Source: Dehalococcoidia bacterium
Lineage (GTDB): Bacteria > Chloroflexota > Dehalococcoidia > UBA2979
Assembly: GCA_965219085.1 (NCBI GenBank)
Contig: OZ244720.1
Location: 1,216,001 to 1,280,000 of the forward strand
Reading direction: 5' to 3'
Length of the DNA: 64,000 bases
The number at the start of each line of letters is the position of its first letter. The stretch's first letter is position 1. This document shows positions 30,127 to 37,794 of the stretch, one piece after another. The position numbers were made by a program, and so were the translations under genes. A model generated the notes under the pieces. It searched no databases, was not told where the DNA came from, and saw nothing but the letters and a program-made list of their open reading frames with translations.

Positions 30127-30875
30127 CGGAACATCACCACCTGGCGGAAGGACTCGAGGTAGCGGCCGTCCTCGTCGCGCCAGTGCTCGCGCGCGAACTC
30201 GACGAACTCCTCGCTGTCACCGAACTGGCTGACGTGGGCGAGCAGCGCCTCGATCTTCGTGTCGACGACGGCGGTGATGTCGACGTCGAAGTTGGCGTCG
30301 TTGGTGCCCCACAGGTACATCTCGGCGACCTTGTGGGTATCGAGGCCTTCCTCGATCTGCTCGGGGAAGTTGAGGCGGTCGCGGGCGGTGGGGTAGACGG
30401 CGTCGACGGTGGCGAGGCCGGTGACGCGGTGGTCGTTGTGGTTGACGAAGCCCTCGGTGTGGATCACCGGCTCCGGGTCGTGGGTGTAGACGGCGTGGGG
30501 CTTGAACGCGCGGATCTCGCGCGTGATCGCGCCCAGCAACTCGCGCGAGTAGGTGAGCTCGCCGTCGGTGTAGCCGAGGAAGCCGACCGATACGACGCCG
30601 AGGATGCGCGCGGCGTCGCGCTGCTCGCGGTCGCGCGTGGCGATGAGCGTCTCGGGCGTGAATTTCGGGTCGTCGGAGCCCTTCGAGCCGTCCGTGACGA
30701 CGAGGTAGCGCACCTCCCAGCCGGCCTGCGCGAGCAGGGCGGCGGCGCCGGCCGCGCCGAAGTCGGCGTCGTCGGGGTGGGCGGCGATGACCATCGCCCG
30801 CGCCAGCTCCCCGGCGTCGGGGTCGGGTGCGCCGGGCGCCTGCTGCCCGAACAGGTCCTCGAGGCTCGCGCTCAC
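30123..30875 (-). CDS. PIG-L/LmbE family deacetylase (MshB/Mca/BshB fold)
   Basis: AHPDD, TDG..G, R..E...AA..LG, NH.DH, K..AL..H.SQ; GTG start. Confidence 0.9.
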   Translation of the reverse strand: MSASLEDLFGQQAPGAPDPDAGELARAMVIAAHPDDADFGAAGAAALLAQAGWEVRYLVVTDGSKGSDDPKFTPETLIATRDREQRDAARILGVVSVGFLGYTDGELTYSRELLGAITREIRAFKPHAVYTHDPEPVIHTEGFVNHNDHRVTGLATVDAVYPTARDRLNFPEQIEEGLDTHKVAEMYLWGTNDANFDVDITAVVDTKIEALLAHVSQFGDSEEFVEFAREHWRDEDGRYLESFRQVVMFR

Positions 30876-30978
30876 GGGTGCCGCCTTTCGATGCGTGACT
30901 GCCGGGGGCAGGGTAGCGGACGGCATAGGCGCGCAACATGGGGGCGGGCAGCGTGCCCGACGGCGTGACGGAGGGCGC

Positions 30979-31026
30979 TTGACGGGGAGGGAACGCTCAA
31001 AGTACGTTTGTTGCGAACATACGTAC
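30979..31026 (+). promoter_or_regulatory. Putative lexA promoter with imperfect SOS boxes
   Basis: TTGACG 30979, TACGTT 31003; GTAC-GTTT-GTTG 31002-31013 and GAAC-ATAC-GTAC 31015-31026. Confidence 0.6.
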
Positions 31027-31100
31027 ATCGCGCTGCCAGCGTGGCTGTGCGATGGCGTGAACGTGCGGCGGATACTGCGCCCCACCTGGCGGGGGTGCAA

Positions 31101-31165
31101 CCGGCGGACGGTAGCCGGCGGACAGTAAACCGGCGGACGGTAGCCGACGGACGGTAAACCGGCGG
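31101..31165. repeat. Tandem 14/15-bp repeat CCGGCGGACGGTA(G/AA), about 4.5 copies
   Basis: Units at 31101, 31115, 31130, 31144, partial 31159. Confidence 0.8.
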
Positions 31166-31253
31166 GCTGCGGCGGGGGCGGCAGACCATCGGCCCGGTGA
31201 GCCCGCGGTGATGCCGCAGAGCGCTCCGGGAGCAGCGAGGCGAGGTGACTGGC

Positions 31254-31901
31254 ATGGTGCAAGCAGGCGACGATCTTTCCGCGCGGCAGCGCCGCATCAT
31301 GGAATTCCTGAACGAGTTCATGGCGGAGAAGGACTACCCGCCCTCGATCCGCGACATCCAGCAGGGCTGCGAGATCTCCTCGACGTCTGTCGTGGACTAC
31401 AACCTCAAGCGCCTCGAGGAGCGCGGCTACATCCGCCGCGACCGCGAGGTGTCGCGCGGCATCGAGCTGCTCGACGGCTCCGGCCGGCGCCGCCGTGCGC
31501 CGCTGATGGTGCCGGTGCTCGGCAAGATCGCCGCCGGCGCCCCGATCCCGACCTTCCCGGAGACGCTGGGCCCGGACGTCGAACAGATCGAGGTCACGCG
31601 CGAGCAGACGCGCGGCCGCACGCAGGCGTTCGCGCTGCGCGTCGAGGGCACCTCGATGATCGAGGACCTGATCAACGACGGCGACATCGTGATCCTCGAA
31701 CCGACCAACAGCTGCGACGACGGCGAGCGCGTGGCGGTGTGGCTCAAGGACGAGGGCGAGACGACGCTCAAGCGATTCTACCGCGAGGGCGAACGCGTCC
31801 GCCTCCAGCCGGCGAACGCGACGATGGACCCGATCTACACTTCCGCCGACAACGTGGAGGTGCAGGGCCGCGTGCTCTCCACGCTCCACCTCGAGGCGTA
31901 G
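31254..31901 (+). CDS. lexA: SOS repressor LexA
   Basis: YPPSIRDI..SSTSVV..L..LE..GYI.R....SRGI, cleavage AAG.P, G.SM, TLKRF. Confidence 0.96.
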   Translation: MVQAGDDLSARQRRIMEFLNEFMAEKDYPPSIRDIQQGCEISSTSVVDYNLKRLEERGYIRRDREVSRGIELLDGSGRRRRAPLMVPVLGKIAAGAPIPTFPETLGPDVEQIEVTREQTRGRTQAFALRVEGTSMIEDLINDGDIVILEPTNSCDDGERVAVWLKDEGETTLKRFYREGERVRLQPANATMDPIYTSADNVEVQGRVLSTLHLEA

Positions 31902-32074
31902 GCCCGCCCCCGGCCAACCCCGACGCTCGAGGCGAGGCGGCGGGCGCTTCGAGCGCCGGCCGGCGGCCGCGCGTCGAGTTGCGGCGTCTCGCGCACCCCG
32001 CACCGCGAGGGCTTCACGGCGGTGCGACGATGGAGGCGCGCCACCATGGCGCTGCATCGCGACCGGAGGTCCCG

Positions 32075-32671
32075 TTGAGCGCGAACCTGCCGAGCGGCTA
32101 CGTCGAGATGGACCGGTGGGACATCGGGCGCGTGCCGTCGTGGCTCGTCGGGGTGTCCCTCGTGCTTGCGCTGGTCGCGCTCCTCGTCACGGCGAACGTG
32201 GCGCTGGCCGTGGTCTATCTCACCTCCGGCGTCGCCGAGTTCTCGCTCGGACTCACGAGCGTGGTCTTCGGCACGGCCCTGGGGCTGGTGCTGCACGAAC
32301 TGAGCCACGCGGCGGGGTTCCTGCTGCTCGGCGGCCGCCCGAGGTTCGGCTGGCGAGCGCGCACGAGGCTCGGCCCGATCCTCTACGTGTGCGCACCCGG
32401 CTCCTACTTCAGCCGCGGCGGGTACCTCTTCGCCGGGCTGGGTGCGGTCGGTGTCCTCACGGTGTTGCTCCTCGGCGTTGTCGCCGTCGCGCCTCCGGGC
32501 GGCGCGATCTCCTCGACGGCCATCATCGCCGTGAGCCTGAACGTGGCCGGGGCGGCCGGGGACGCGATCATTGCGCGCGCCGTGCTCTCACACCCCTCGG
32601 GCGCGCGGTTCGAAGACACGGGCGAGGGCTTCATCGTGTACAACGCCGCAGCGGCACGGGAACCCGCATAG
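32075..32671 (+). CDS. DUF3267-like membrane zincin
   Basis: HELSH, PRFG, N.AGA.GD; TTG after GGAGGT (start uncertain). Confidence 0.7.
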   Translation: MSANLPSGYVEMDRWDIGRVPSWLVGVSLVLALVALLVTANVALAVVYLTSGVAEFSLGLTSVVFGTALGLVLHELSHAAGFLLLGGRPRFGWRARTRLGPILYVCAPGSYFSRGGYLFAGLGAVGVLTVLLLGVVAVAPPGGAISSTAIIAVSLNVAGAAGDAIIARAVLSHPSGARFEDTGEGFIVYNAAAAREPA

Positions 32672-32681
32672 GCCAGACAGA

Positions 32682-33374
32682 CTAGCCGTCGAACTCCGAG
32701 CGCATGTCGCCCACGCGGTGCAGGTACTCGATCGAGCTGCGGTAGTCCTCGTGCGAGATGCGGCCCTCGCCCCGCAGGTAGTTGAGCAGCACCTCCAGCG
32801 TCAGCGCCGGGTGCAACCGCACGCCAAGCCCCTCGAGCCGCAGCGATGCGCCCTGCTGGCGGTCGAGCAGCACCATCGCGTCGCGCACGACGACGCCGGC
32901 GCTGCGCAGCCGCGTCGCCGTGTCGACGATCGAGCCGCCGCCCGCCGCGAGGTCGTCGACGATGAGCGCGGTCTGACCCGGACGGTACGCGCCCTCGATC
33001 TGCACGCGCCGCGCGGACGCTTCGTCGTCGAGTGGCGATGACGGGCGGACGTAGACAAGCGGGACACGCATCTGCAGCGAGAGCGCGGTCGCGATGTGCA
33101 GGCCGCCGATGGGTACCCCGGCGATGAGGTCGAAGCGCTGGACGTGCGGGTTGCGCAGCGACATCGCCAGCCGCAGCTCCTCGTCCATCACCTGCACTAC
33201 CCGGGCAAGCTCCTCGGGCCGCGAGATCACGAGCTTCGGGTTGATGTAGACCGGCGAGTTGCGCACGGTGCGGCCGAGCGAGAACTCGCCGAATTGGACA
33301 CTGCCGAGGCGCCACAGCAGGTCGGCCATCCAGAGCGGGCCGTGCGGGGGGTGTGCTTCACGCTCGCGTGTCAT
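32682..33374 (-). CDS. pyrE: Orotate phosphoribosyltransferase-like
   Basis: QFGEF.L, SPVYIN, IAGVP.GG, IEG, LIVDDL..GGS, LDRQQG. Confidence 0.75.
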   Translation of the reverse strand: MTREREAHPPHGPLWMADLLWRLGSVQFGEFSLGRTVRNSPVYINPKLVISRPEELARVVQVMDEELRLAMSLRNPHVQRFDLIAGVPIGGLHIATALSLQMRVPLVYVRPSSPLDDEASARRVQIEGAYRPGQTALIVDDLAAGGGSIVDTATRLRSAGVVVRDAMVLLDRQQGASLRLEGLGVRLHPALTLEVLLNYLRGEGRISHEDYRSSIEYLHRVGDMRSEFDG

Positions 33375-34366
33375 CGCCGTCGCTCCCACGCCTCGGGGTT
33401 CACCAGGTGCTCGGGCCGCTCGCCGGCCAGCGCCGCGAGCAGCCCGTCCACGGCGAGGTCCGCCATGCGCTCGCGCGTCGGGCCGGTGGCGCTACCGATA
33501 TGCGGGGTGACGAGCAGGTTCGGCGCGTCGAGCAGCGGGTCGTCGGGCGGCAGCGGCTCGGGCGTCGTCACGTCGAGCGCGGCGCCGCCGATCTCGCCGC
33601 GCACGAGAGCGTCGCGCAGCGCGTCCTGGTCCACCACGCCGCCGCGCGACGTGTTCACGAAGATCGCGTCCGGCTGCATCCGCGCGAACGCGTCGACGCC
33701 GAACATGCCCTCGGTCTCCGCGTTCAGCGGGACGTGCACCGAGACGAAGTCGGACGTAGCGAGGAGTGTGCGGAAGTCCACGCTCTCGCCCAGGAACCCG
33801 CGCGCGTGCCGACGGCCGTGGTAGAGCACGCGCATGCCGAAGCCCTGTGCGCGCATTGCGACGGCCGCGCCGATGCGACCGGGCCCCACGATGCCGAGCG
33901 TCGCGCCGTGCACGGCCTTGCCGAGCATCCACGTCGGGCGCCACGGTCCCCACGCGCCGTCGCGGACGGCGTGCTCGCTCTCGACGAGGCGCCGGGCAGC
34001 GCCGAGCAGCAGCGCGAAGGCGAGGTCGGCGGTGGTCTCGGTGAGGACTCCGGGCGTGTTCGTCACGAGCACACCGCGCTCGGTCGCCGCCGCCACGTCG
34101 ACGTTGTCGAACCCGACCGCCATGTTCGCGACCACGCGGACCTCCGGCCGGCAGTCGAGGAGCGCCGCGTCGACGCGCTCGGTGAGCATCGTCAGCAGGC
34201 CGGCGCAGCCGGCCGAGCGCTCGGTGACCTCCTCGGCGGTCGGCGGGCGGTCCGGCGCCCACACGTCGGGCGCGGTCGCTGCGCGCAGTCGTTCGAGCGG
34301 TGCGCTGCCGGGCAGCACACGCGTGACGAAGACCCGGGGCAGGCGGTCGGAGTCAACTGTCGGCAC
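33371..34366 (-). CDS. D-2-hydroxyacid dehydrogenase (glyoxylate reductase/D-glycerate DH)
   Basis: AVGFDNVD, TNTPGVLTETTAD, G.GRIG, NTSRG, PEP, PHIGSAT. Confidence 0.93.
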   Translation of the reverse strand: MPTVDSDRLPRVFVTRVLPGSAPLERLRAATAPDVWAPDRPPTAEEVTERSAGCAGLLTMLTERVDAALLDCRPEVRVVANMAVGFDNVDVAAATERGVLVTNTPGVLTETTADLAFALLLGAARRLVESEHAVRDGAWGPWRPTWMLGKAVHGATLGIVGPGRIGAAVAMRAQGFGMRVLYHGRRHARGFLGESVDFRTLLATSDFVSVHVPLNAETEGMFGVDAFARMQPDAIFVNTSRGGVVDQDALRDALVRGEIGGAALDVTTPEPLPPDDPLLDAPNLLVTPHIGSATGPTRERMADLAVDGLLAALAGERPEHLVNPEAWERRR

Positions 34367-34394
34367 GGGCGCGATTGTAACGCGCCGTAGAGCG

Positions 34395-35075
34395 CTACCG
34401 GTGAACCTCCGTGACCCCCTCCGGCGACTCGGGCGCTACGAGGGGCGAGACGGCATCGGGATTGAGCGCCTGCGTGCGCCCCTCGAGGTGGAGCACGCCG
34501 ACAAGCGCCGCCGTCGCGGCGTCGAGCTCGTCGTGGGTGGGGCGGCGCTTGCGCGGGATGCCGCGCACGCCCACGCGGCGCAGTCCGCGCCGCAGCCCGT
34601 CGCGGTCGCGCTTGCGCGGGATGCCGAGGATGTCCTGGGCCATGCCCGGATACACCTCGACCACCGGGACGCCGCGGGCACGCAGGCGCTCCGCGAGCGC
34701 AATACCGCGCAGCGTGAGCCCGACCATCGAGGGGATGAGCGTCGGGTAGGGCCGGTAGCCCAGCGCGGCACAAAGCCGGTCGACCTCGCGCATGATGCCT
34801 TGGCGCGAGCACTCGCACACCGGGTCGGCGCAGCAGCGGCCCTCGGGCAGCGCGAGCGGCGCGTCGATCGCCACGACCGCGGGGTCGAAGCGCCGCACGG
34901 CTTCCTCGATCTGCTCGTCCGTGCGCACGGTCTCGAGGAGCCGCAGCCGCCGGTCGACGCCGAGCACGGCGAGGCCGGTGGGGTAGCGCGGCCCGCTGCG
35001 CAGGTCGATGCCGAGCGCGAGCGGCCCGATGCGGGAGCCGGCGGGGGAGGCTGCGCCGGGCTTTGATACACTCAC
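34395..35075 (-). CDS. DUF429 family (RNase H-like) protein
   Basis: LGIDL, VAIDAPL, EVYP, DELDA..AA. Confidence 0.82.
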   Translation of the reverse strand: MSVSKPGAASPAGSRIGPLALGIDLRSGPRYPTGLAVLGVDRRLRLLETVRTDEQIEEAVRRFDPAVVAIDAPLALPEGRCCADPVCECSRQGIMREVDRLCAALGYRPYPTLIPSMVGLTLRGIALAERLRARGVPVVEVYPGMAQDILGIPRKRDRDGLRRGLRRVGVRGIPRKRRPTHDELDAATAALVGVLHLEGRTQALNPDAVSPLVAPESPEGVTEVHR

Positions 35076-35148
35076 ACGACACCCTCGCAGTACCTACCTG
35101 CGGGCTCCCGGCACGGCATCGGGAGCCCGTCGCCGAGAGGATAGCCCG

Positions 35149-35493
35149 ATGGCGGTCAAGAACGAGATGGAGCCCTTCACGCGCATCGATGTGCACGAGG
35201 CGAAGGAGATGATCGACAACGGCGACGTGCAGGTTGTCGACTCGCGCGAGATGCACGAGCACGCCGACGGCCACGTGCCGGGCTCGCTCAACATCCCGCA
35301 CATGGCGACGCTCGTGCGCGTCGCCGACCTTGCCACGGACCGCCCGGTCCTGTTCATCTGCAAGTCCGGCCAGCGCTCGGCCGTCGCCGCCGAGTTCGCG
35401 GCGACGATGGGCCTGACCGACCTCTACAACGTCGAGGGCGGTCACGACGACTGGGCCGAGGCCGGCTACCCGATGGAGACGATGGAGACGTAG
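35149..35493 (+). CDS. Rhodanese-like protein
   Basis: VVD.RE..E...GHVPG, CKSGQRS, YNVEGG...W. Confidence 0.9.
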   Translation: MAVKNEMEPFTRIDVHEAKEMIDNGDVQVVDSREMHEHADGHVPGSLNIPHMATLVRVADLATDRPVLFICKSGQRSAVAAEFAATMGLTDLYNVEGGHDDWAEAGYPMETMET

Positions 35494-35494
35494 C

Positions 35495-36160
35495 TCGCCC
35501 ACCTACCTGCTCTTCGACATCGACGGCACGCTCCTCAACGGCGACGGGGCGGGCCGCGTCGCGCTCGACCGCGCGTACGACGAGGCCACCGGGATCACCG
35601 GCGCGATGGACGGCGTCGTGTTCCAGGGCCGCACCGACCGCTGGATCCTCGACGAGGTGAAGCGCCAGACCGGCGCCGCGGTCGATCGCCCGACGTTCCT
35701 CCCGCGCTACTACGAGATGCTCGAGGAGGAGCTCGCCGCGCGGGATCCGCGCGCGCTTCCGGGCGTCCCGGAACTCATCGAGGCGCTCGCCGCACGCGAT
35801 GACGTCGTGCTCGGCCTCGGGACGGGTAACCTCCGGCGCGCGGCGTTCCTCAAGCTCGCATCAGTCGGCCTCGACGGCTTCTTCACGGGCGGTGGCTTCG
35901 GCGACGACCACATCGACCGCACCGCGATGCTGCTCGACGGCGCGCGCGAGATCGGCTGGCGGGAAGGCGATCGCCTCGCGGTCATCGGCGACACGGAGCA
36001 CGACATCGCGGGGGGCCGGGCCCTCGGCGCGTTCGTGCTGGCGGTGGCGACGGGATGGACGAGCTTCGAGGACCTCGCGGCGCACAAGCCGGATGTGCTG
36101 CTGGCGAACCTGTCGGACCTCGACGAGGTGGTGGCGATGCTGCTGGGCCGGGGAGGATGA
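35495..36160 (+). CDS. HAD family hydrolase (start codon unresolved)
   Basis: YLLFDIDGTL at 35504 is in frame with, but upstream of, ORF-track ATG 35606; TGN, IGDT..D. Confidence 0.8.
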   Translation, partial: SPTYLLFDIDGTLLNGDGAGRVALDRAYDEATGITGAMDGVVFQGRTDRWILDEVKRQTGAAVDRPTFLPRYYEMLEEELAARDPRALPGVPELIEALAARDDVVLGLGTGNLRRAAFLKLASVGLDGFFTGGGFGDDHIDRTAMLLDGAREIGWREGDRLAVIGDTEHDIAGGRALGAFVLAVATGWTSFEDLAAHKPDVLLANLSDLDEVVAMLLGRGG

Positions 36161-36222
36161 CGACTCACTCAAGCTTAACCGTAACGCCCCAGGGATACGG
36201 CAGCGCGGCTGACCACGAGAGG

Positions 36223-37110
36223 TCAGGCGTTGTCGGTAAGAACATGCGAGGCAGTCTCGCCTTCGTAAACACGGATCGAGCCCGCGGGCCCCAGCGCCCC
36301 CAGTGCGGCGTACTTCGTCCATAGCTGCCAGATCGCCTGCCATTGCGAATCAAAGGGATCGGCTTTCTTGATCGGCAGTCCAAGGCTGTTCGCATCATCC
36401 GCTGAAATGATTGCACTGTGGCTCTGTGGTCCACCAACGAGCGAGGCGTCCAAACTGTCCGCGAGGGTCCGCACCTCCGCGTCAGATCGGCCAGGCTGAC
36501 ATGCAAGTGCCTCCCGCAGCTGGTCGCTCGCACGGGCGAGTGCGTTCCGAGCCTGCTGGACGAGCAATCCGGAAACGTCGCTCAGCAACGAGGCGTGGAG
36601 CGGGTAAGTATCCGGGTTCTCCTGGATCCGTCGCTCGGCCTCGTCGACAGCAGAGATGATGGCCTTGCCCGCAGCGAGTGACCCGTCAGGGAGCCGGAAC
36701 TGCGGATCGACCGGGCCAAGATCACTCGTCGGGCCCATGAGAATGCAGTGAGCACCGAGTGCGAGGAGCGTACCGGCGCTCTTCGCTTGATCTGGGACGA
36801 TTACGGTGAGTTCCCGGCATCGAGATTGCGCCTGACGCACAAGACGGATGGCGGTCTCGCCATCGCCGCCGGGGGTCGGCAGCATGACATGGAGATCCTG
36901 TGACGGATCCGCGTCATAAAGTGTCTCCTCAAACAGTGTGACGCTCGAGGGGAACAGTTCGTCGATGAGGACGACAAGTCGGCAGTCGTTGCAATCCTGA
37001 TACTGACGGATCAGCTGCTGTCGCTCGTATCGGGGAGCATTGAACGCTTCGTATAGGGGACTGCGGGATGCCCCAGCAGGTGCATTCTGCTGGGGCAGTT
37101 CGTCGCTCAA
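36223..37110 (-). CDS. ClpP-class serine protease (SDH_sah-like), intact copy A
   Basis: L.TPGG, VP..AKSAGTL.ALGA..I.M...S.LGPVDPQ, late SH; TTG start overlapping upstream stop. Confidence 0.87.
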   Translation of the reverse strand: MSDELPQQNAPAGASRSPLYEAFNAPRYERQQLIRQYQDCNDCRLVVLIDELFPSSVTLFEETLYDADPSQDLHVMLPTPGGDGETAIRLVRQAQSRCRELTVIVPDQAKSAGTLLALGAHCILMGPTSDLGPVDPQFRLPDGSLAAGKAIISAVDEAERRIQENPDTYPLHASLLSDVSGLLVQQARNALARASDQLREALACQPGRSDAEVRTLADSLDASLVGGPQSHSAIISADDANSLGLPIKKADPFDSQWQAIWQLWTKYAALGALGPAGSIRVYEGETASHVLTDNA

Positions 37111-37262
37111 GAGGCTTCGCGTCGTGTACCCGGCAGTGCCGACTTGCCTTCGCGGGCCTTGCGGCCTTGCTCCCGCGCGATCTTCGCTAACTCAATCCGG
37201 TCGTGCCATCTCGGATCTTGGTGCTTTGGCGGCTGAATGGCCTTCTTCGCCTCCTGACTCAT
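37107..37262 (-). CDS. 51-aa basic microprotein, copy A
   Basis: GAGGT RBS; 21/51 ungapped identity to 41182-41337; TTGA coupling to protease. Confidence 0.8.
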   Translation of the reverse strand: MSQEAKKAIQPPKHQDPRWHDRIELAKIAREQGRKAREGKSALPGTRREAS

Positions 37263-37369
37263 CGCGGTACCTCGCTTCCCTGTGTGCATTGTGTCACATC
37301 GGTAACACGTGGAAGCGGAAGGCCAGTTGCGAACAGTTGCGTGCCGCGCCACTGCAACCCGCTTTCCTA

Positions 37370-37771
37370 CTACCCACCCCGCACGAGTATCACCACTGCC
37401 ACGAACGCCAGACTCACCGCGAGGACGATCAGCGCGCTGCGCAGCGCCTGCCCCGCCGGCACGCGCATCGAGCCGGCGCGAGGTGAGCCTCGCCCGTCCC
37501 AACCAAGGTCGATGAGGGTGTCGGCGGCGCGCGGGCCGTCGGTGCGCGGCACCCACAGGGCATACACGAACGGCGCACCGGTCGGATACGCCGACGACGT
37601 GAGGTTGAAGATCGCCGCGTCCTCGATGTGCAGCTCGGCGTCGATGCCGGCATCGAGGAGCGCGCCGTGCCACTCGCCCGCGCGGTCGCCGTCGCGCTGC
37701 ACGGTGAGCAGGATGAGCCCGCGCGCGCCCGGCGCCGCGTCGTCCGGGTCGGGGTGTGCTTCGAAGGTCAT
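37370..37771 (-). CDS. Hypothetical protein with C-terminal TM helix
   Basis: C-terminal part of 37370..39850 frame from MTFEAHP; hydrophobic tail. Confidence 0.6.
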   Translation of the reverse strand: MTFEAHPDPDDAAPGARGLILLTVQRDGDRAGEWHGALLDAGIDAELHIEDAAIFNLTSSAYPTGAPFVYALWVPRTDGPRAADTLIDLGWDGRGSPRAGSMRVPAGQALRSALIVLAVSLAFVAVVILVRGG

Positions 37772-37794
37772 GGCCGCCCGGCCGACCGGAGGGC

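Noticed and set aside
31101-31165. CRISPR array
   Set aside because: Contiguous short tandem units without spacers
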